A stretch of 63,734 bases of DNA, counting the filler, from Psammoneis japonica (Eukaryota): NCBI GenBank assembly GCA_008632985.1. It is 3 parts of 3 records of this genome, joined end to end, with 100 filler letters (N's around TTAATTAATTAA, not from the genome) between each part and the next. Parts side by side here need not be neighbours in the genome. Positions count along the whole stretch, not along the records: positions 1 to 22,367 come from QPGO01000437.1; positions 22,468 to 45,046 come from QPGO01000439.1; 1 more part is not named here. The stretch is one strand, 5' to 3'. The notes below the pieces were generated by a model. The model was not told where the DNA came from and made no database searches. It worked only from the letters and a program-made list of their open reading frames with translations. The translations under genes were made by a program, and so were the position numbers. Of the stretch, positions 13,453 through 25,700 are shown piece after piece; position 1 is the first letter of the stretch, and the number at the start of each line of letters is the position of its first letter.

Positions 13453-14811
13453 TCATTCACTCACAGTGATTTCCCAACTGTTTCTTGAAAACATGATGAG
13501 TTTGTTCCTTTCAGAATTGGCAAAGTCTTTGTGGTGCACGTGAAGCAGTGCGGCACGAGTGCCTTCCATTGCTTTCGTTCTGATGCTTCGTGCCGAAAAC
13601 GAAATCCAATCCAATTCTTCCATTGCATCCTCCTCTAAAGGGACAATGACAAAATCGCTGTGCCTCCCCTCACATGAGCAATCAGTCATGCAATCAAACG
13701 CGCAGGTTGCCTCACTGACACACCCAACAAAACGCTTGATGTAATTACGACGAGTCGTTTCCTGCTTCATTTTTGGACATTGTCTCCGCAGTTTCCTGTC
13801 CTTTTCATCGTCCCAATGAAAAGGACAGGACCCCCGACCCAAGTCCCTCCTTTTCTTGATTGTTTCCAAGATCCAACCGTCAACCTTCCTTGGCGTTAAT
13901 TCAAAGAACTCCAATTCGTCACACCACCACAACCTGCAAGGTGCGTCTCGCTCTGCTTGTCGCTCGAACAAATTCGCCAGCTTCCTTGCATCAAACACGA
14001 CGCCCTTTTGGTCCATGACCAGTTTGCACACATCTCCTGAACCGTTGTCCAATGCGAGTGGCACGCAATTCCCGCTGTTGTCCATTCCACATGTGGGCAA
14101 GCTGATGGTTGAATCCCCACTTGATGAGTCAACATCTTGCTTGTCAATCGCCAGACGAAACTCGCCCTCCCTTGATCCAGCTGCAAACTCATCAATCAGC
14201 TCATCGCTTGGTTTGTTCAACCAACCGTTTGCCGCATGCTGTTCTCCCTGCCTCTCCGGGTGCGTTGCCAGCAAGTTCCAATGCTGGCATGTTTTGTGAG
14301 CATTCCTTGCTCGCTCGATGATCCAACTTGAATGCTCGTCCTTGTCGTGAATGGAGAACATGGCCTGTGCAGCGTGCATGTGTTCCCTCACTTCCCTGCT
14401 CCATTCATGCATGTTCTCATGGACCCGGCTCATGATTTTGTATTTGGTTTCCGACAGTTCCTTCCATTTCTCCTTGATGGTCTGCTCATCTCTTTCCATG
14501 ATCATCAAATGAATCTCCCAAATTTCTTCGACATCTGTGGGCTCTACGCCCAAGTCACCGCGTGTGACTTTGCTGTGCGAGCAGATTAAATGACACATGT
14601 CCATGCAGTCTCTTCGCAAGCAGGGGTTCTTGGATGGTTCCTTCCTCCCGGTGCCCAACCAGCGACCTGGCTCTTTTTTAGCTGCGCGGTGGTCCGCCAA
14701 AATCTCTTCCTCTTTTGCTTCTTTTCCTTTGCTCTCCACCTCGGCCAGTTTCCTCCAGCAGTCATCAGGCCAGCGTGCCAGCAACGTGTCGTTTTGGACA
14801 ATGGAAGCCAT
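13453..14811 (-). pseudogene. Transposon accessory ORF of unknown function (~450 aa from MASIVQNDTLL)
   Basis: Long ORF in the track (13453..15060). Trp/charged-rich and Tyr-poor. Lies inside the duplicated block. Confidence 0.55.
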
Positions 14812-15954
14812 GGTGCAACTGAAGGTGACTTGCACGGCTGTGGCACAATGACAGAGAGGCGACCGACAGGTCACGCGGCGCCATGGTTGCTGTTCCAACA
14901 CCAAAAAATCTGGTTTCTGTAGAAATGCACCAGAGTGGTGTGTGGGAGAAGTTGCATGTGCGCCTGGTGCGATTTGGAGTTTTAAACACAAAAACCTGCC
15001 AGACGCGTGTGCAACTTCTCCCAGGGAAATCCTGCGTGAGATCACACCGGGAAAGGGCAATGCGGAGTGTAGAGTTGATGGAAGAAAATGTTGTGCAGAA
15101 CAGCATCAGGAGAAAGGGTGTGTGTGCTGGAAAACAACATGGATTTCTACATGCGCGTTGAGGCATGTGAAAAACACGTGGGTGCCTTCAAGTGACGCAT
15201 GCGAACAATCACAAAGAAACATTCGGAAATGGAGACAGCATGGAGAGAAGTCAGAAACATGGATCCAAAACAAAGTGACACCCAACAGAAAAAAAAACAA
15301 CAACAACAACAAGAGATGAAGGCGACGGCAACGGGATTGATGAAAAAGAAGGATTCGGATGGAAAGACACCAGAGACGGTGAAAACAGGTGGCGCCAAGA
15401 CGAGGAAGGAAGAGAAAAATGGGACGGGCAAAATGAAGAAAGAGAAAAAGAAGCCGACGACAACACGTCAAGAGGGGAGCAGCTGTGCGATTCAGCGTTT
15501 CGAGGGACCTCTTCCTCTCGATTGTGGTCACCCAAATGCAAGACATGCAGTGTGGCTTTTTTGGAACGGCGACGAGGAAACATCCAACGCGGCAGCGGCA
15601 TGTTTGAAATTCTTGCAAGAGAGTGGACAAGACATGTGGAATGAAGAGGACGATGCGGACGACCAGGCCAATTGAAGCACAGTTGTTGACTGAACAATTG
15701 GTGCACACTTTGCATGATGAAAATTGCATTGCATGCAATTGCAATGTTTGCCTTGTCGTTAAAGATTGTCAGTTGTTGTGAAAAAGGCAGAGCACAAAAA
15801 TTAAAAAGCATCTGTGTTCAAACACGAAGAACAGCATGAGATCAATGATCAGCCAAATGACAAAAACCGTTGTGTGCAGACAAGCAAATTTTGTGACATG
15901 GCAGCACAATTTCATCATGCATGCAGACATCACAATGTCGTGCACTCTGATGAC

Positions 15955-16920
15955 GGAAATGTTGGAAAACACGAAAATGCAGAAATGCGGGAAAACATGA
16001 AAAGACGGAAATGCAGAAAAATGCAAAAAGACAAAAATGTGGGAAAAGACGGAAATGTGGGAAAACACGAAAGATGGAAATGCGGAAAAATGCAAAAAGA
16101 CGGAAATGTGGGAAAACACGAAAATGCAGAAATGCAGGAAAACATGAAAACAACGCGTTCCTGATGCGGGCGGGAATCCGTGTGACATGGGCCCATGGAA
16201 TTCTGCGTGCAAGCTCCGCAGCAAAATTGTCAAGTGATTGGTGTGCAAATGATCGCCAACAGAAAATGAGGCAATTTTGCGAGTGCACAAACTCACCCAT
16301 GATTGAAGCACATCATTTTTTGCTTGGCGTGGTGCATTCTTCAGACATTGAAGAATGTGCTGGGTGCATTGATGTTCCCACAATTTCGTCAAACAAAGCG
16401 TCTGGGGTTTCGCAAAACGTGAGTCTGGGACAATTTTTTTGAAGATCACACGCAGAAATGTGCGTGCGAAACATGCGACGGATGACAAAAAACAATTTTC
16501 TCACATGTCAGCACTGCGAGCTCCCACCCAGGGCTGGAATGCGTCAAACACAGAAATGAGGGAAAACAGGAAAACATGGAAATGCGGGAAAACACGGAAA
16601 CACAGAAATGCAGGAAAACACGAAAATGCGGAAATGCAGGAAAACACAAAAACACGGAAATGTTGGAAAACACGAAAATGCGGAAATGCGGGAAAACATG
16701 AAAAGACGGAAATGCAGAAAAATGCAAAAAGACAAAAATGTGGGAAAAGACGGAAATGCGGACAAATGCAAAAAGACGGAAATGTGGGAAAAGACGGAAA
16801 TGCGGGAAAACACAAAAATGCAGAAATGCGGGAAAACATGAAAACACAGAAATGCGGGAAAACATGAAAATGCGGAAACACGGGAAAACACACAAACACG
16901 GAAATGTGGGAAAACATGAA
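15955..16920. repeat. Purine-rich minisatellite, copy B
   Basis: Same units as 4535-5520. Confidence 0.9.
16152..16545 (-). mobile_element. GACGCG-family MITE copy 4
   Basis: Duplicate of copy 2. TSD aaac on both sides. Confidence 0.9.
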
Positions 16921-18379
16921 AACCCTCACAACACACACATTGAAGGGAGATGAGCTGAAGATCTTGATTCAGCTGGTTTGTCCAAATGCCGGTTTGTCAG
17001 GGAAGAGCATTGAAGTGAAGAAGAAGGAGCTTGAGAAGCGGAACGTCACAAAAGAACATCTCGACTCCATTTGCACTCAGAAAAGGCGTGATCTCGATGA
17101 CCTCAAAGCAAAGCTTCAGGGCTCTTCGGCTGACAGTGATTCGGACAATGAAGACCAAGAAGAGTTGGCCCAAATGTGCAATCGTCTGCATCATCTAGAC
17201 TGAGAACCAAATTTCGTCAACTTTTTGTGAGGAGAAATGTGTCAAGTGATTTTTGACAAACGACCTCGCAACGAAAGAATGTTGCACTCATGGCAGAGAC
17301 GTCCGTTTGGTGACTGCTGTTTTCTTGTCGAAACGGTTGATTGTGCGGCGCCAGCTGTCTGCTCAACCCACTTGCACCAAGCCACGCAGAAAAATCGCGC
17401 AGCGGAAATCCAGTGGGCGACAATTCTGCAGAAAGCTGCGATGCCTGGTGCGACAAAAGGAGAATTGGGTTGAGTGATCATCAATCTATTTTTGTGCCAG
17501 AGCCTGCGTGATTCTACGCCTGACATCATGATCACTTCAGAGATGGGAATCCCCTGCACAGTGTGTGTCTCTCTCTTGCTCTTATCTTGGGACTTTTTCT
17601 TTGAATTTGTTGCATGGCGGAGGCGCACGGGGGGCGCGCGGGGCGGATGGTGGGGCAAGGATGATGTCATCTTTACTTGTTGTTAAGGTAATCGCAGAAC
17701 GAAGGGGTGAAGGCACGACAATTTGATTTTTCAGGATTTTTCTACTGTACGAGAAACGCGTAGCGCGCTACGCGCCTCGTCGCCAACAATCGGCGACGTG
17801 ACGGTGGTGCGTTGTCGTAACGATGGCGATGACAGCGACGTGTCCCAGAGTCTTTTGTCGTTATAGACATTTAGTTTATTATGTTTACGAACGTATCCAG
17901 TCATGAAATTCCCCGCGAGCAACCTCCATTAGAGCGCAAAACGTCATACCAATAAGGAGCTCTGTTTTTCGACCGTCGTTTTATGCATTCGATTATCGAA
18001 CGATTATGAGTTTGTCCGGGGGACTTTCTTTACATATATGTGTCCTGCATAGTGTAATTGATTAATGTATTAAGTGCCTATCGCAAAGTCGTCCTCTATC
18101 AGCGTCTGAAAATTGTCATCGTCATCGTCGGCGTCGACGGCAATTTGTCGCGCAAATCGCAAAAAATGCACGACTGTCGTCTGTCTGACATTGCGCTATT
18201 GTGCGCTCGTTGTGCGCATACCTTAAGAAAAAAGTTCTTAGCTGACGTCGTTTGTCCAATCAGATTTCCATACCGCCGTTATGACCGCACTTACCATATT
18301 ACCGCAGATACGTATTCTGCCAGTCGAGACAAAAAGACGAAGGCAAAACACTTGCCATTACCGCAATGGAAACACAGCA

Positions 18380-20956
18380 ATGACGGGAAGAAGTAGATGC
18401 AAATTTCCACTCTGCCTGACTTTGATTCTTCTTTTCTTGTTTGCAAGAACTACTGCCTCGGATCAACACGGCCGGTCCCTTGAAAATGAAGAGGGGATGA
18501 ATTGTCACGGGAACTCAAATAAGCAAGCACAAACGATCCACTCAGCAGCGCTTCGAGAAACAACTGTTACTTCCGAACGATCGCTTGATCCAAGTGCACC
18601 ATCTTCGATAACACCTACGATCTCGGCAATACCTTTGACGACAAGAAAAACCTTACCTTCAGCTACAGAATCAATAAAGACGTTGGCAGGAACGCCAGCT
18701 TCTACCTTGAACCCAAGTTCCAAGCCGACGCCATTGCCAAATACTTATCCTCCAACTTTGTTGCCCAAAACTGCTAGTCCAACCGAACAGTTGCCACCAA
18801 CGATCCAGCCCACCGCGACGACGACTCCTGGCCCAACGCCAGATCCGACATTTGAACCGACAGCGCCACCGACGAGTGCTCAATTGACATCGAATCCGAC
18901 GCTTCAAGCTGCCCAAGCGACAGAAAGTCCAACCCCGCTCCCATCTCTGCCTCCTACGCTTGGTTCTCTACCAACTATTCAGCCTACAGCGACTCCAACA
19001 GCAGCGCCAACGACAAAATCACCAACCTCTCGTCCATTTGCTGGAGAAGATGTAACTGCTATCCCGAACGTGGCAAGCCCGTCTAAACCGCCTAGTTTTG
19101 CTACTTCAGAACCAACGCAGATGGTTGTATCAACCCCTCCACCTACAAGCGCCCCAACTGTAGCTCCGTCAACTCAGCCGCCTGTTTCATTTCAGCCTAC
19201 TCTTCAAGTTGAAACTGCAACCCCGACTTCAAGCCCAACACCCAGTCCAACTGAGGAGGATACTCCGAATCCAACTGCACCACTAACAAGCGCCACTCCT
19301 ACGCCAACAGACATACCCCCATCAACATCTGAGCCTACACCAAATCCATCACCAGCGCCAACAACTGCATCACCATCGACGCCGGTACCAACTACGACGA
19401 CGACTCAGAGTCCGACCGCAAGCCCAACAACTTATAGTCCGGAGCCAACAGCTACCAGCCCTAATCCGACACCAAATCCCTCAGCAAGATCGACCGCGAG
19501 GCCTTCAAATACCACTCTACCGCCCACCCGAAGGTCCACTCCGCAACCTACCCGTCAGCCGACATTGCTTCCTTCTAGTCCCCAAGATGGGACTTCGTCG
19601 CCAACGCAACGATCAACCTCGAGACCCAGTCCAAATCCGACTCGGAGGCCCACAGGTCGACCTACCCGCCAGCCAACGGTGTCTCCGACTGCCCCCCAGG
19701 ATGAGATTGTATCGTCAAACCCAACGCGACGACCAACCCGCAGATCCACACCAAATCCGACTCGGAGGCCCACACCACGACCCACCCGCCAGCCATCGCT
19801 GCCTCCTTCTGTGCTCCAAGAAACGCCGCGACCCACAGCAGGGTTATCATTAAATCCAACAAGAAGTCCAACGCCTGGTCCACTCGTAGCTTCATCAAGC
19901 CCTACCCAATCTCCCTCGTCGTCACCTCAGCCAACTTTTCGACCATCACAGTCCCCGTCGTCAACACCCGGATCCTCGGTGGCTCCTACCGTTTCCGTAG
20001 TTATTGATGAAGGCCTTGTCTCTTTGTGTCTAAGCAACCCTGCAACTGAACAGTCAACATCATCTTCGAGAAGACTGGAGATTTCCTATGCCATGCGCCT
20101 CATTGAAGGATCTGATCCCGAGCGTGTGCTTGAGACTGTACATGACACATTCCAGGCTACATTTTCGGTGTATGTCTGTAATTATGGGAAGGTAGAAATG
20201 CAGCGTGTCAACAATTGCGTTGATTTCCTGTCGTCGGAGTATTCACCGTCGCCGTCCTTTTTACCAGCATCGTGTTCGCTCGGCACTGAAGATTGCTATC
20301 TTGTCAACACTGATTTTGGAGTAACATACGTTGGCGATCCTGTTCTTGATACCGTTTTGGTCACGTCACTCGGGCCATACTTTATTGAGCAAATGAGTAA
20401 TGACAGGCAACTCGAAAAGAGTCAACTCGAAAACAGTCACCCAAATATCACCGATCTTGAGTTTCGTGGTTTTGTCAATGTGGGCAGTACAAACTCGGGC
20501 CCTCCTGAAGCCAACAAGAATAGTTCTTCCCAAGATGATGACGGTCCAGGTACTATTGGGATTCTACTGATTACCATTGCCTGTACAGGGGCGGTCGGGG
20601 TGCTGATTGGTTTTATCGTTCTTCTCCGCCGCCAACAAACAGCTGCGAGGCGAGATAATGATGACCTCGATATATTGAACGAGCTTACTATTTGCAACGA
20701 GCTTAATGCTTGCAACGAGCCCAGTGAACCCCAACAAGCGGTTGAGGGATTTGAAGGGACGATTGAAGTGCCCCGTGATCCACCTGAAGACATATCTTCC
20801 TTGGGCGAATCCGGGCGAAAACCACAGTCTATAGCCAGCATTATTGACGGTGACGCGCCCAAAGAGAATGGGAATGGCCATAACGTTCAAGACGACGCAG
20901 CTGTTACTTCGGAGGATTTGATAGCATCTGCCGAGGATGAAATTAAAATGGAATAA
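18380..20956 (+). CDS. Mucin-like Pro/Thr/Ser-rich type I membrane protein
   Basis: Uninterrupted ORF with normal TA content. Signal peptide MTGRSRCKFPLCLTLILLFLFARTTA, RSL and RRL motifs, PTxxPT and PTRRPT repeats, Cys-containing domain, TM helix IGILLITIACTGAVGVLIGFIVLL-RR, acidic tail. Start chosen at the ATG preceding the signal peptide. Confidence 0.85.
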   Translation: MTGRSRCKFPLCLTLILLFLFARTTASDQHGRSLENEEGMNCHGNSNKQAQTIHSAALRETTVTSERSLDPSAPSSITPTISAIPLTTRKTLPSATESIKTLAGTPASTLNPSSKPTPLPNTYPPTLLPKTASPTEQLPPTIQPTATTTPGPTPDPTFEPTAPPTSAQLTSNPTLQAAQATESPTPLPSLPPTLGSLPTIQPTATPTAAPTTKSPTSRPFAGEDVTAIPNVASPSKPPSFATSEPTQMVVSTPPPTSAPTVAPSTQPPVSFQPTLQVETATPTSSPTPSPTEEDTPNPTAPLTSATPTPTDIPPSTSEPTPNPSPAPTTASPSTPVPTTTTTQSPTASPTTYSPEPTATSPNPTPNPSARSTARPSNTTLPPTRRSTPQPTRQPTLLPSSPQDGTSSPTQRSTSRPSPNPTRRPTGRPTRQPTVSPTAPQDEIVSSNPTRRPTRRSTPNPTRRPTPRPTRQPSLPPSVLQETPRPTAGLSLNPTRSPTPGPLVASSSPTQSPSSSPQPTFRPSQSPSSTPGSSVAPTVSVVIDEGLVSLCLSNPATEQSTSSSRRLEISYAMRLIEGSDPERVLETVHDTFQATFSVYVCNYGKVEMQRVNNCVDFLSSEYSPSPSFLPASCSLGTEDCYLVNTDFGVTYVGDPVLDTVLVTSLGPYFIEQMSNDRQLEKSQLENSHPNITDLEFRGFVNVGSTNSGPPEANKNSSSQDDDGPGTIGILLITIACTGAVGVLIGFIVLLRRQQTAARRDNDDLDILNELTICNELNACNEPSEPQQAVEGFEGTIEVPRDPPEDISSLGESGRKPQSIASIIDGDAPKENGNGHNVQDDAAVTSEDLIASAEDEIKME

Positions 20957-21597
20957 AATGGCTAGTTAACGTAGAAGAATGCGCCGTACTTTAAAGTGCA
21001 AATGTCAAGCATTCCTGCATGACCGTACATCATGATTTCAGTCGGTTTTTAGGCTTGCACCCCTGCGGAGCAGAATGGCAACATAAGTCAACAACAAGGA
21101 CAACTCCGTGTAGTAGGGGAGACTGAGAAGAGAGTAAGGTAAGTTTAGTCAGAGCCTTATAGAACCATAGTTCCTTATTGCGAGAGGAAGGAGACTCTAG
21201 CTAGCTACTGCTGGTAGAGATAGTCTGTTACTACTCTCAGTAGAGACTCTCTTGTGTCTCTCTAGTCCCGAGGGAGGATTAGGAATGGCGCTACGAGAGC
21301 CAATCAGAATTCAGCATTTGGGATTTCTACTTAGGGGAGACCCTCGGAAAGTCGAGGACTTTCCGGCTGGTTAATTGACACTTTTTTGGAAAATCTGACG
21401 CAATCACTTGGGGACGAGGAGGTTGAGACAACTCTCCAAAAGCAGACACCGGAATCAGAATGATGTGGAGACCGACTGTCATCTTCCTTTCGCGCCACGG
21501 AAAATCACAACAACACAGACTTCTCACGCGATGAGAAAAATTCTCTCACAAAAAAAAAACCACGAGAGAGAAAAGTGCAATCTCTGCTGGTGCTTCG

Positions 21598-22367
21598 ATG
21601 ATGACAGATGCAACGGAAGAATCTGCTCCAACAAAAGAGGCCAAAGAGCGGCAGCTGCATCCTTTCTTTAGAAACATGGGCACTCAATCCCAGAAATGCA
21701 AAGGCTCCATTAAAACGAGCAAAAGCCAAGCGCACACACGCCAGAAGCGGACGCATCAGAGCAATTTTAGTGGGTGCAAGGTGGCAAGAGTAGACGACGG
21801 AACGAAGAAATGCAAGAGATGTGAGAGAGGTCCTACATGTCATCATGGCCATGATCCCACATGCAAATTTTCAATGAGGTGCTCGCAAGTGAACGTCACC
21901 AAAGCTGCCATGGATGCAGAGCGATGCGATGAAGAGCTGCACGAAACGAACAACACGATTCCGGCTGCCCCAGTTGAGGGAGTTTCGACCATGCGAGACC
22001 ATTTTGGAGCACAGAGACCTGAAGCTCGAGTCACATTGCCTCCTCCAGGTGTTTCCAATGTTTGCAAGCCGGTGAATTCGGGGGTGGCTGGTGCTGCAGG
22101 CCCTGTGGAGCACATGGAGAATGCTTGCAAGGCGGCCGCCATTACAAAATTTTCAGTTGAGACTTTGAAACAAGAGATTCGAGCAAGATTAAAAGAATGC
22201 GAGAACTCCGAGGAGAGGACAAAGTGCCCGGCTGCAGTGAGTGCTCTCATCAGCTGTCTGTTGGACTCTGTCAAGCCCAGATTCGAGCAAGGCAGCAACA
22301 AGTGTCCTGTGGCTGCAGCAAAAAGTGTCAAGCTCAACGAGATGCTGGAGCTTGAGGATGAAACTTT
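21598..22367 (+). pseudogene. Unclassified transposon-like ORF with a Cys/His cluster, truncated by a gap
   Basis: CKRCERGPTCHHGHDPTC. Tyr-free and TA-depleted like the other repeats. Confidence 0.4.
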
Positions 22368-22467
22368 NNNNNNNNNNNNNNNNNNNNNNNNNNNNNNNNN
22401 NNNNNNNNNNNTTAATTAATTAANNNNNNNNNNNNNNNNNNNNNNNNNNNNNNNNNNNNNNNNNNNN
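22368..22467. other. Assembly join: N-run with artificial TTAATTAATTAA six-frame stop linker (22412-22423)
   Basis: Identical linker centred in a 100-base gap, repeated at 45091-45102. Confidence 0.95.
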
Positions 22468-22649
22468 CACTCCCATCACTGCAGACACCCTTGGGAAAAA
22501 GTTGAAAGATGCTGAGACTGTTTGCAGGAGGAGATGCCACTTGCAGGGTTCCCACAGCACAGACACCACTGGGGCAGAGGGAGAGGCCACACCTGAGTGT
22601 GGCCAAGTGTTTGTGGAGTTTTTTTTTGGCACCAAGAGAACCAGTCAAG

Positions 22650-25600
22650 CTTCTCCTCCTCCCATTGTCAATCCACCAACACTGAGACTGCAGGAGCCAA
22701 TGGGATCAGGTGTGTGCATGAGGCAAGCGTTTGCGCATGTCATTTTTTGCAGTTTCTCTCACAACAATCTGTGACCTCTTGCAAGGCTGGAACAAAGCAC
22801 AGTTGGAGCAATGGCTCCTCTTGGCAAGCCTGGACAGGTGCTCTGGTGGGTGACCACTCATGGCACCTCTGCTGGTTCCTTGTTTGCAGCATTGCAGGAC
22901 ATTGGCCATGGCCTTGACCAATGTTTGCCTTTTTTATCCTGCTCAATGGCCACACTGTTCTCACACATCTCTGGCATGTTCCGCATTGGCTCAGCTGCGC
23001 CGGGATGAAATTCCACCCAGTTACACTCAGCAAACTGGCTCTCATTGAAGATTGTTTCAGTGCCATCAAACACTGGTGCAGACCTTGAGTGAGCCTTCAA
23101 GCATGCAAAAACATGGAGCACCTCATCCTGGTGTCCTGCTCTTGGTGCTGCAAGGTGGGATGGCACAAGAGAGATGGCAACAAAGATGTCAATCTATCCC
23201 AGCTCTGCTGCCAGCCACCCAAGCACCCCAATGGGACCTTGCAGCAGCCAGCCATTTTGGCACTCAACTCTGGTGAACTGTCCAGTTCAGGTCTGCATCC
23301 CAAGCTCAAGGGTGTCAACACCTTTGTCAAAAGATGCCTGTCAGTCTTCCCAAGCTCTGGTCCAATGTCTGCCAATGCCCTCTTGACATGCAAGTCAGAA
23401 GACACAGCCCAGTGTGTCTTGCCATCCTCCTCAGACAGCTGATGTTTTCTAATTTGTGCTCCCAGGTGCTCTTCCAGTTTGCAGACACTTCCGTCCTTCC
23501 ACATGTGCCCAGAGCTCATGCAATCCATGAATTTCTTGGGGTCATGTGAGATGCATGACAAATTGTCCATGCATGCAAGCACATGTTCCCAGTGCGTGAA
23601 GCCATCCAGCTCAACTGCAGGTCACATCCAGACATCTGGATCTGCTTTGCATGATTCAAAAACAGCATCATGCAAAGTTGTTGCCATGTGCTCCCAAATC
23701 GTGCACTTGACAATTTAAGACCATACAAGGCATGGACTGCAACAACTTGCCTTCCAACATTGTGCTTGCCAAACTCCAATGTGGCAGCAGCACAGCACTT
23801 CTCCTTGGCACGGGCATCCAGACAGGCATTCTGAACATCTGCGCTCAAGACCTTCAGGTCATTCAGAGCTGCAACAGTGAAAGGCATGCCAACACTGTTG
23901 CATGACACCACACCAGAACAGGTTGACTCTTTTGGTGGATCAGTCTGATGCACCAAGCCTCAAATCTTGCTTTGCATTGGAGAGTGCTCTTGATGTCAAA
24001 GATCACACAACAATCAATGTGTTTTCACCCAACCAGCTCAACTTTGTCATCTTGGAACTCAAATGCAGGCATGATGTTGCAGTTCCTTCTTGATTGCTTT
24101 GAACCAAAAGTCAGTCTCTGTTTTGTTGTCCATCTCTGAGGTTCCTTGACAGATTTGGGCAGCTCAATTCCAAACTTGTTCACACATTTCCAGCAATGTG
24201 ACTTGACCTTCTTCAAAATCCTGGTCCTGCAATGCAAGATGTCTTGGACCCACCAATTAAAAGCTGGTTTGCTGGCTGCTTTGTTTGCTGCAGCATGCTC
24301 AGCAACCTCCACTGGGTCAGATTCCTTCAAATCCTTAAGGGGAACCCACCAGGACATCATCCCATCCTTCCACTTGACCTGTGGACTGGGTCCCACCCTG
24401 CGGTCATCATCCCAGGCACACATCATCCAGACTTGGTTGTCACAAGCCCGTCATCAGCCTTCAATGGCACGAGCATTGCTTGAGTGATCAACTGTCTCCT
24501 TTGTCATCTGATGCAAGTTGCCTTCCAAATCAATCTGTGCAAAGAGGTTCTCCACAATTGCGTTGGCCATGGACCTGTTGGGAAATTCAACATCACAAAT
24601 CCTTGAATCTAAGACTGAGTTGTCATTAATTTCTTGCACCTGTGGGAACACCATTGCCATGATGCTTGTGGGCAATGACCCTGGCATGGGTCAACTCACC
24701 TCCTTGTGGCAGCACAACTTTGGCAGAGCATGGCATTTGTCCAACCCCTCCGGGGCATGCTTGTTGGCTTCTGGGTGAGTTGAGTCTAAATCCATGGGGG
24801 GTCTGCAGCATTGTTCTAATCACCATCAATCAAGTCATCAGGGGTGTCATGGAACTCAGCTTCTGCGAGTCCTCATCCAGGTCACCCAGTTGTTTAAACA
24901 AAGCCTGGTTGACCAATGCCAGGTTCACCTTGATGCAGCTGGGGTTTTAAGGTCATCCTCTGGCATGGCCTGCAGCTCCTTCCGGATGATGGCCTGCCAG
25001 ATTCTGGCAAAATGATGGGTGCCACATTGTTGGTGTAGTTGTTGGTGACTCTGAGCCAGCAACTGATGCACTTCTTTTCTTGTTGTGGAAACTGTGCCAC
25101 AAGCATGCAGTGGCACACAGGTTGACACCAATCAAAGAGGGAGGGAGACAAGACATCAGTTGCAGAACCAAAGATCTCCTCCAACACACATTCTCCCATC
25201 TCTGACACATTGGAGGCTGTTAAGAGCTGGGTGGCACACACCCATTGGGCACAGCAGGTCCAAAATGTTGTTCCAGCGCAGAGTCACATGGACCCATTTC
25301 TTCAACTCATGAATCAATGCTTTGGCGGACACCTCCTGATGCATCCAGCATTCTTTGCAAATCTTTTTCTCTGCCATTTCTGGCATGTTGTCTGACACAA
25401 GGGTTTGTGGGACACCCACGTCATGCATGATTGACGTGACAGCATTGGGTGGTCCCACTGCTTCCTTTTCTGAGGATGGAACATGCCTTGCTCTCTTCGA
25501 CTGGCAAAGACACCACCTCCCATCTTGCCACAGATTGACCCAACCTGTGAGAACATTTGGTCCATCAGAGGCTGCAACATGGTGGTGTTCAATTTTCTTT

Positions 25601-25700
25601 GTGTAATTTGTGCCAATCAATGTCATGCATGTCAATCTTTTGTTTAGAATTTTTGCATGTAAAAGCAATTGACACACTGCCTTTAACAGATGCATTTTAT
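22650..25700 (-). mobile_element. Highly degenerate Ty1/copia retrotransposon pol (diatom CoDi-like)
   Basis: VKWKDG..WVPLKDLKESDPVEVAEHA..PAFNWWV; TDPPKESTCSGVVS..AALNDLKVLSADVQNACL..ALYGLK; RT core read as VLACMDNL (canonical VLVYVDDL). Confidence 0.88.

Larger units (their letters stand above)
11117..16939 (+). repeat. Copy B of the long direct repeat
   Basis: Colinear with 1-5539, including both MITEs and the minisatellite. Confidence 0.95.

Noticed and set aside
22412..22423. TTAATTAATTAA between N-runs (also 45091-45102)
   Set aside because: Artificial contig linker; adjacency across these joins is not guaranteed.
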